A stretch of DNA of 64,000 bases. It comes from Escherichia coli O127:H6 str. E2348/69 (GTDB taxonomy: Bacteria; Pseudomonadota; Gammaproteobacteria; Enterobacterales; Enterobacteriaceae). Positions 58,017-64,000 of this stretch are shown piece after piece. The stretch lies in the NCBI RefSeq assembly GCF_000026545.1, contig NC_011601.1. One strand, given 5' to 3'. How positions within the stretch are numbered: the first letter of the stretch is position 1; the number at the start of each line of letters is the position of its first letter. The notes under the pieces were generated by a model. The model did no database searches. It was given only the letters and a program-made list of their open reading frames with translations, and was not told the origin of the DNA. Both the position numbers and the translations under genes were made by a program.

Positions 58017-58432
58017 TGAGTGGAACCTTACTCGCCTTCGACTTCGGCACCAAAAGCATTGGCGTAGCGGTCGGCCAACGCATTACCGGCACCGCTCGCC
58101 CTTTGCCTGCAATTAAAGCGCAGGACGGTACGCCGGACTGGAATCTTATCGAACGTTTACTGAAAGAGTGGCAGCCGGACGAAATCATCGTCGGTTTGCC
58201 GCTGAATATGGACGGCACAGAACAGCCGTTGACTGCCAGAGCGCGTAAATTTGCCAACCGTATTCATGGTCGTTTCGGTGTTGAAGTAAAGCTCCATGAC
58301 GAGCGTCTTAGCACCGTAGAGGCACGTTCCGGTCTGTTTGAACAAGGTGGCTACCGGGCGCTTAATAAAGGCAAAGTCGACTCTGCCTCTGCGGTTATTA
58401 TTCTCGAAAGCTATTTCGAGCAGGGATATTAA
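58016..58432 (+). CDS. ruvX: RuvC-like pre-16S rRNA nuclease / Holliday junction resolvase-like protein YqgF
   Basis: 138 aa from [20 protein letters not shown]. Confidence 0.9.
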
Positions 58433-58438
58433 GGCGAT

Positions 58439-59419
58439 TTACAAACGCCCTTCCCCCACCCGCTGCTGATAACTCTGCTGAAACGTTAACATCCCCACTT
58501 GTTGCCCAGTTTGAATAACATGCGGTAACTGGTGGGTTTTCCCTTCGCGAATCAAATTCCCCACCGCGGGTGTGTTAATCAGCAATTCAAACAGCGCCAC
58601 GCGTCCTTCCTGTTTATCCACTTCCAGCTTTTGTGACAACACTGCCCGTAAACTCCCTGCCAGTTGATTACGTACGGGATCTTTTTCCTGCGCCGGAAAT
58701 GAATCCACCAGTCGCTCAACTGCCTGCGCCGCACCACGCGTATGTAATGTTGCCAGCACCAAATGCCCGGTTTCTGCCGCCGTCAGCGCCAGACGGATTG
58801 TCTCGCTGTCACGTAGCTCTCCGAGCAAAATCACATCAGGATCTTCCCGCAACGCAGCCCGCAATCCCGATGCGAACGTCATACAGTGCAAACCAATCTC
58901 CCGCTGCTGGATCAAACATCGCTGACTGGTATAGAGATATTCGACAGGATCTTCCAGCGTCAGAATATGCGCATCGGCATGTTGATTAAGATAGCCAACC
59001 ATCGCCGCCAGCGTGGTAGATTTGCCACTCCCCGTCGCCCCCGTCACCAGAATCAGGCCATTCTCGCTCTTGAGTAATTCCGGCAATACCGGTGGCGCAC
59101 CAAGTTGTTCGAGCTGCGGGCAGTGCGAAGGTAACAACCGTAATGCCAGAGAAATACCTTGCCGTTGCGCGAACGCACTGCCACGCAACCGCTGGTTTTC
59201 CGCCAGCGACACAGCAAAATCCAGCTGACCATTCTCCAGCAATATTGCCCGCTGATCGTCATCCAGCCACTCCCGCAGTAGCTCTTCGACGTCCGGCGCA
59301 TCAAACGGCGCAGCTTCCATTAGCCCGCGAATGCGCCATCGTGCGGGCCAGGCGCTGCACAGGTGTAGATCCGAGACGTTATGCTTTACACTAAGGGCCA
59401 CAATTTCTTCCATATTCAT
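58439..59419 (-). CDS. yggR: PilT-like type IV pilus retraction ATPase family protein
   Basis: Met at 59419 (MNMEEIVAL) gives 326 aa; Walker A GATGSGKST. Confidence 0.88.
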   Translation of the reverse strand: MNMEEIVALSVKHNVSDLHLCSAWPARWRIRGLMEAAPFDAPDVEELLREWLDDDQRAILLENGQLDFAVSLAENQRLRGSAFAQRQGISLALRLLPSHCPQLEQLGAPPVLPELLKSENGLILVTGATGSGKSTTLAAMVGYLNQHADAHILTLEDPVEYLYTSQRCLIQQREIGLHCMTFASGLRAALREDPDVILLGELRDSETIRLALTAAETGHLVLATLHTRGAAQAVERLVDSFPAQEKDPVRNQLAGSLRAVLSQKLEVDKQEGRVALFELLINTPAVGNLIREGKTHQLPHVIQTGQQVGMLTFQQSYQQRVGEGRL

Positions 59420-59436
59420 ACTAAGATCCTCGGAAA

Positions 59437-60141
59437 ATGAACGATATTGCGCATAACCTGGCACAGGTCCGGGACAAAATCTCAGCGGCTGCAACGCGTT
59501 GCGGCCGTTCTCCAGAAGAAATTACGCTGCTTGCAGTCAGTAAAACAAAACCTGCGAGCGCCATCGCAGAAGCCATTGATGCCGGGCAGCGTCAATTTGG
59601 TGAAAACTACGTTCAGGAAGGGGTAGATAAAATTCGCCACTTTCAGGAACTGGGCGTAACAGGATTAGAATGGCATTTTATTGGCCCGTTGCAGTCTAAT
59701 AAAAGCCGCCTGGTGGCAGAGCATTTCGACTGGTGTCATACCATCGACCGTTTGCGCATTGCTACCCGCCTCAACGATCAGCGCCCGGCAGAACTTCCCC
59801 CTCTTAACGTACTGATTCAAATTAATATTAGTGATGAAAACAGTAAGTCCGGGATTCAACTGGCAGAACTGGACGAGCTGGCAGCTGCGGTCGCTGAACT
59901 ACCGCGTTTACGTCTGCGCGGGCTGATGGCAATCCCTGCGCCTGAGTCAGAATATGTAAGGCAGTTTGAAGTTGCACGCCAAATGGCTGTAGCATTTGCC
60001 GGACTGAAAACGCGCTACCCGCATATCGACACGCTCTCTCTGGGAATGTCGGACGATATGGAAGCCGCTATTGCGGCAGGTAGCACGATGGTTCGTATCG
60101 GCACTGCAATTTTTGGTGCGCGTGATTACTCTAAAAAATAA
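59437..60141 (+). CDS. yggS: PLP-binding homeostasis protein (YggS/COG0325)
   Basis: 234-aa ORF; alanine-racemase-like N-terminal barrel. Confidence 0.92.
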   Translation: MNDIAHNLAQVRDKISAAATRCGRSPEEITLLAVSKTKPASAIAEAIDAGQRQFGENYVQEGVDKIRHFQELGVTGLEWHFIGPLQSNKSRLVAEHFDWCHTIDRLRIATRLNDQRPAELPPLNVLIQINISDENSKSGIQLAELDELAAAVAELPRLRLRGLMAIPAPESEYVRQFEVARQMAVAFAGLKTRYPHIDTLSLGMSDDMEAAIAAGSTMVRIGTAIFGARDYSKK

Positions 60142-60158
60142 GGAATTAAAGGAACGCC

Positions 60159-60725
60159 ATGAATACGTTGACTTTCCTGCTTTCAACGGTCATTGAGCTG
60201 TATACCATGGTGCTGTTATTACGCATCTGGATGCAGTGGGCTCATTGTGATTTTTACAACCCCTTCTCACAGTTTGTAGTGAAGGTAACGCAGCCGATTA
60301 TCGGGCCACTGCGCCGCGTTATTCCGGCAATGGGCCCCATTGATAGCGCCTCGCTGCTGGTTGCCTATATTCTCAGTTTCATTAAAGCCATCGTGCTGTT
60401 TAAAGTGGTGACCTTCCTGCCAATCATCTGGATTGCCGGTTTACTGATTCTGCTGAAAACCATCGGCCTGCTGATTTTCTGGGTCCTGCTGGTGATGGCG
60501 ATTATGAGCTGGGTAAGCCAGGGTCGTAGCCCGATTGAATACGTGCTGATTCAGCTGGCCGATCCGCTGCTGCGCCCGATTCGCCGCCTGCTACCGGCAA
60601 TGGGTGGGATTGATTTCTCGCCGATGATCCTCGTTCTGCTGCTGTATGTCATCAATATGGGTGTCGCAGAAGTATTACAAGCAACCGGAAACATGCTGCT
60701 GCCGGGGCTGTGGATGGCGTTATGA
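60159..60725 (+). CDS. yggT: YggT-family inner-membrane protein
   Basis: 188-aa ORF with duplicated TM modules. Confidence 0.88.
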
Positions 60726-61012
60726 GTGCCGTAACAATTAATGATGACGGTCTGGTTTTACGGCTCTATATTCAGCCGAAAGCCAGCCGTGATTCTATTG
60801 TCGGTTTACATGGCGACGAAGTTAAAGTCGCCATTACCGCGCCGCCGGTTGACGGCCAGGCCAACAGTCATCTGGTGAAGTTTCTCGGTAAGCAATTCCG
60901 GGTTGCCAAAAGCCAGGTGGTGATTGAAAAAGGCGAACTTGGCCGCCACAAACAAATTAAAATCATTAATCCGCAACAAATCCCGCCAGAAATCGCGGCG
61001 TTACTTAATTAG
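60722..61012 (+). CDS. yggU: DUF167/UPF0235 family protein YggU
   Basis: Met at 60722 gives 96 aa; overlaps the yggT stop. Confidence 0.85.
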   Translation: MSAVTINDDGLVLRLYIQPKASRDSIVGLHGDEVKVAITAPPVDGQANSHLVKFLGKQFRVAKSQVVIEKGELGRHKQIKIINPQQIPPEIAALLN

Positions 61013-61019
61013 GTATCCT

Positions 61020-61613
61020 ATGCAAAAAGTTGTCCTCGCAACCGGCAATGCCGGTAAAGTGCGTGAGCTGGCGTCGCTGCTTAGCGACTTCGGTCTTGAT
61101 ATCGTGGCCCAAACAGACCTCGGCGTAGATTCCGCTGAAGAAACCGGCCTGACCTTTATCGAAAACGCGATTCTGAAAGCGCGCCATGCTGCAAAAGTGA
61201 CCGGTTTACCGGCAATTGCCGACGACTCCGGTCTGGCGGTAGATGTACTTGGCGGTGCGCCGGGGATTTACTCCGCGCGTTATTCCGGTGAAGACGCGAC
61301 CGATCAAAAGAATCTGCAAAAACTGCTGGAAACACTGAAAGACGTACCGGACGACCAACGTCAGGCGCGTTTCCACTGCGTGCTGGTATATCTGCGTCAC
61401 GCGGAAGATCCGACTCCGCTGGTGTGCCACGGTAGCTGGCCGGGCGTGATTACTCGTGAACCAGCGGGCACTGGTGGCTTTGGTTATGATCCAATCTTCT
61501 TCGTACCTTCCGAAGGGAAAACCGCTGCCGAACTGACCCGCGAAGAAAAGAGCGCCATTTCCCACCGTGGTCAGGCATTGAAACTGCTGCTGGACGCTTT
61601 ACGTAATGGTTAA
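61020..61613 (+). CDS. rdgB: non-canonical purine NTP pyrophosphatase (dITP/XTP)
   Basis: Met at 61020 ([17 protein letters not shown]) gives 197 aa; Maf/Ham1 family. Confidence 0.93.
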   Translation: MQKVVLATGNAGKVRELASLLSDFGLDIVAQTDLGVDSAEETGLTFIENAILKARHAAKVTGLPAIADDSGLAVDVLGGAPGIYSARYSGEDATDQKNLQKLLETLKDVPDDQRQARFHCVLVYLRHAEDPTPLVCHGSWPGVITREPAGTGGFGYDPIFFVPSEGKTAAELTREEKSAISHRGQALKLLLDALRNG

Positions 61614-62742
61614 ATTACCGCCGCTGAGTCTCTACATTCACATCCCGTGGTGCGTGCAGAAATGCCCGTACTGCGATTTCAACTCTCACGCGTTGAAAGG
61701 AGAAGTGCCGCACGACGATTATGTTCAGCATCTGCTTAACGATCTGGACAACGATGTGGCTTACGCTCAGGGCCGTGAAGTAAAGACAATCTTTATTGGC
61801 GGTGGTACGCCGAGCCTGCTTTCCGGCCCGGCGATGCAAACGCTGCTGGACGGCGTGCGTGCGCGTTTGCCGCTGGCAGCGGATGCAGAAATTACTATGG
61901 AAGCGAACCCTGGTACGGTAGAAGCCGATCGCTTTGTTGATTATCAGCGTGCTGGTGTGAACCGCATCTCTATTGGTGTGCAGAGTTTTAGCGAAGAAAA
62001 GCTGAAACGACTTGGGCGCATTCATGGCCCGCAAGAAGCGAAACGGGCTGCGAAGCTGGCGAGCGGTTTAGGGTTACGTAGCTTTAACCTCGATTTGATG
62101 CATGGGCTACCGGATCAATCACTGGAAGAGGCGTTTGGCGATCTACGCCAGGCCATTGAACTGAATCCGCCGCATCTTTCCTGGTATCAGCTAACCATCG
62201 AACCTAATACGCTGTTTGGCTCGCGCCCTCCTGTACTGCCGGACGATGACGCGCTGTGGGATATTTTCGAACAGGGGCATCAGTTATTAACCGCAGCGGG
62301 CTATCAGCAGTATGAAACATCCGCTTACGCCAAACCCGGTTATCAGTGCCAGCACAATCTCAACTACTGGCGCTTTGGTGACTACATCGGTATTGGCTGC
62401 GGCGCGCACGGCAAAGTGACCTTCCCGGATGGGCGCATTCTGCGTACCACCAAAACGCGTCATCCGCGTGGTTTTATGCAAGGGCGGTATCTGGAAAGCC
62501 AGCGTGATGTCGAAGCCGCAGATAAGCCGTTTGAGTTCTTTATGAATCGCTTCCGTCTGCTGGAAGCCGCGCCGCGCGTGGAGTTTAGCCAGTATACTGG
62601 CCTTTCTGAAGAAGTTATTCGCTCTCAGTTAGACGAGGCCATCGCTCAGGGTTATCTCACAGAATGTGCGGATTACTGGCAGATAACGGAACATGGGAAG
62701 TTGTTTTTAAATTCGCTGCTGGAGCTTTTTCTGGCGGAGTAA
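61606..62742 (+). CDS. hemW: radical SAM heme chaperone HemW (YggW)
   Basis: 378-aa ORF with CxxxCxxC radical-SAM motif ([10 protein letters not shown]). Confidence 0.92.
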   Translation: MVKLPPLSLYIHIPWCVQKCPYCDFNSHALKGEVPHDDYVQHLLNDLDNDVAYAQGREVKTIFIGGGTPSLLSGPAMQTLLDGVRARLPLAADAEITMEANPGTVEADRFVDYQRAGVNRISIGVQSFSEEKLKRLGRIHGPQEAKRAAKLASGLGLRSFNLDLMHGLPDQSLEEAFGDLRQAIELNPPHLSWYQLTIEPNTLFGSRPPVLPDDDALWDIFEQGHQLLTAAGYQQYETSAYAKPGYQCQHNLNYWRFGDYIGIGCGAHGKVTFPDGRILRTTKTRHPRGFMQGRYLESQRDVEAADKPFEFFMNRFRLLEAAPRVEFSQYTGLSEEVIRSQLDEAIAQGYLTECADYWQITEHGKLFLNSLLELFLAE

Positions 62743-62806
62743 ATTTGTATTGCCGGATGCGGCGTGTACGCAACATCCGGCTACAACTCTTGCGTCATCG
62801 CAAAAA

Positions 62807-63814
62807 TTACTTAATCACCCCATTGCGCCGCAATTGTTCGGTATCTTTTTTCCAGCGTTCATGAGCCTGGTTGATATCGTCAATTTTCATCAAAATCGTG
62901 ACTTTTTTACTGTTTATTTCTGAAACTTTCATCGTTAACGGATATTGCCCTTTTTCGAGCGTTATCCAGTCATCCTGCAATTTACGGCTAAGTTTTTGTG
63001 ATTGCAGAAAAGTCTGTCGCCGTTGTTCGTTGATATCAAAATCTCGTTTCTGCTGAATTGGCACTTCATAACACTCTTCACTCTGTTTATGACATGCCGC
63101 AATCGCCGGTTGATAAACCTCTTTGTCATATTTAACCGCGAACGCCTCGCTATCGTTCTGTTTATTAAAATCATCACGCTGTTGGTGAATTTTTTTAAAG
63201 GCGTCTTCGCGGGTCATTTGCTTACCGTTTGCATCTTTTCCCCAATATGCATCCGCTGCTTTCTGCGCCGCCACCATTTGCTTATCAAGCGCTTTCACTT
63301 CCTTTTCCAGCGCAGGAATCGAGTTCTTCTGGGTATTCAACGCAGTCTCAAGCTGACTAAAGCGATAATTGAAATCTTCGCTATTCACGATCAGATATTT
63401 ATTATTCGTTTTGATATCGTCGACCACCCGCCCACGATCGCTGGCTGCCGCCTGAAAAGAGTAAAAGTTCACCGACCAGCCAGACGCGGGCGTTCCTTTA
63501 CTGGTTAACATCGCCGAGAATTTTACCGGTTTATCTTTCGTCCAGGTCTGTTCGAGCAGTTCGTAATCTGCCAACTGACCGACCCAGGTATAGAGATCGT
63601 CACTGGAAGAGACATCGCCTTCCGCTGACCAGGTGGCCTGATTACCCTTAGCATCAAGATTTTTTAAGGTGATGGCATCAAGCTTGAGAATGCCGTGATA
63701 CTGCTTTTTGAATTGATCTTTTAAGATATTTTCAGTTGGCGGTTCACCATCTGCCCGGACATTACCAGTCATCAACATAAACAGCGCCGTACCAACAATC
63801 CATTGCTTTTTCAC
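62807..63814 (-). CDS. yggM: DUF1202-family periplasmic protein YggM
   Basis: 335-aa ORF with signal peptide. Confidence 0.85.
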   Translation of the reverse strand: MKKQWIVGTALFMLMTGNVRADGEPPTENILKDQFKKQYHGILKLDAITLKNLDAKGNQATWSAEGDVSSSDDLYTWVGQLADYELLEQTWTKDKPVKFSAMLTSKGTPASGWSVNFYSFQAAASDRGRVVDDIKTNNKYLIVNSEDFNYRFSQLETALNTQKNSIPALEKEVKALDKQMVAAQKAADAYWGKDANGKQMTREDAFKKIHQQRDDFNKQNDSEAFAVKYDKEVYQPAIAACHKQSEECYEVPIQQKRDFDINEQRRQTFLQSQKLSRKLQDDWITLEKGQYPLTMKVSEINSKKVTILMKIDDINQAHERWKKDTEQLRRNGVIK

Positions 63815-63902
63815 CCGAAAACCCTCGCGCGGAATAATTTATTCCGGTGATTATCATTAGGGTAATAAAAATTGGCAATGGACGTGAGTCTGAAGTGAAT
63901 AA

Positions 63903-63923
63903 GCCCCGGCACGATACCGGGGC
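63903..63923. terminator. hairpin between convergent yggM and ansB, likely terminator
   Basis: GCCCCGGCACGATACCGGGGC perfect stem; flanking U-tracts are weak. Confidence 0.4.
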
Positions 63924-63930
63924 GAAGTGA

Positions 63931-64000
63931 TTAGTACTGATTGAAGATCTGCTGGATCTGCTGCGGATCTTTAGTTTGCGTCAGAGCCAGTTGCAGCAGA
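63931..64000 (-). CDS. ansB: L-asparaginase II, C-terminal fragment (5' part beyond window end)
   Basis: Minus-strand translation …LLQLALTQTKDPQQIQQIFNQY* read directly; expected synteny after yggM. Confidence 0.8.
   Translation of the reverse strand, partial: LLQLALTQTKDPQQIQQIFNQY

Overview
This 64 kb window is an Escherichia coli-type chromosomal segment, collinear with the K-12 prfB-recJ-dsbC-xerD ... gcvTHP ... serA-rpiA-argP ... fbaA-pgk-epd ... tktA-speAB-metK-galP ... yggM-ansB region. It is densely packed with housekeeping genes, most on the minus strand in the first 50 kb, plus 6S RNA (ssrS), the sibC/ibsC type I toxin-antitoxin locus, two ERIC elements and two REP/BIME clusters. 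I found no rRNA, tRNA, CRISPR array, IS element, integrase or prophage genes. Gene starts were set from the ORF track by codon arithmetic; where the track ORF begins at an upstream alternative start, I chose the ATG that gives the conventional N-terminus with a Shine-Dalgarno. Four places depart from the K-12 gene order as I remember it, and all four comparisons are from memory and need alignment to confirm: (1) the sbm/scpA operon is truncated, with only an N-terminal ~325-aa mutase fragment left and argK-scpB-scpC absent; (2) a five-gene plus-strand module sits between epd and yggC, encoding a DUF296/PPC-domain protein and a dedicated ECF transporter (S, T, A, A'), with an in-frame TGA at codon 11 of the second ATPase; (3) an SPFH/Band-7 gene with an AT-rich upstream region sits between cmtB and tktA; (4) a self-contained lipoprotein cassette with its own terminator sits between speA and speB. 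The ECF/DUF296 module is the best candidate for an uncharacterised system here, but I cannot assign its substrate or function from sequence alone.
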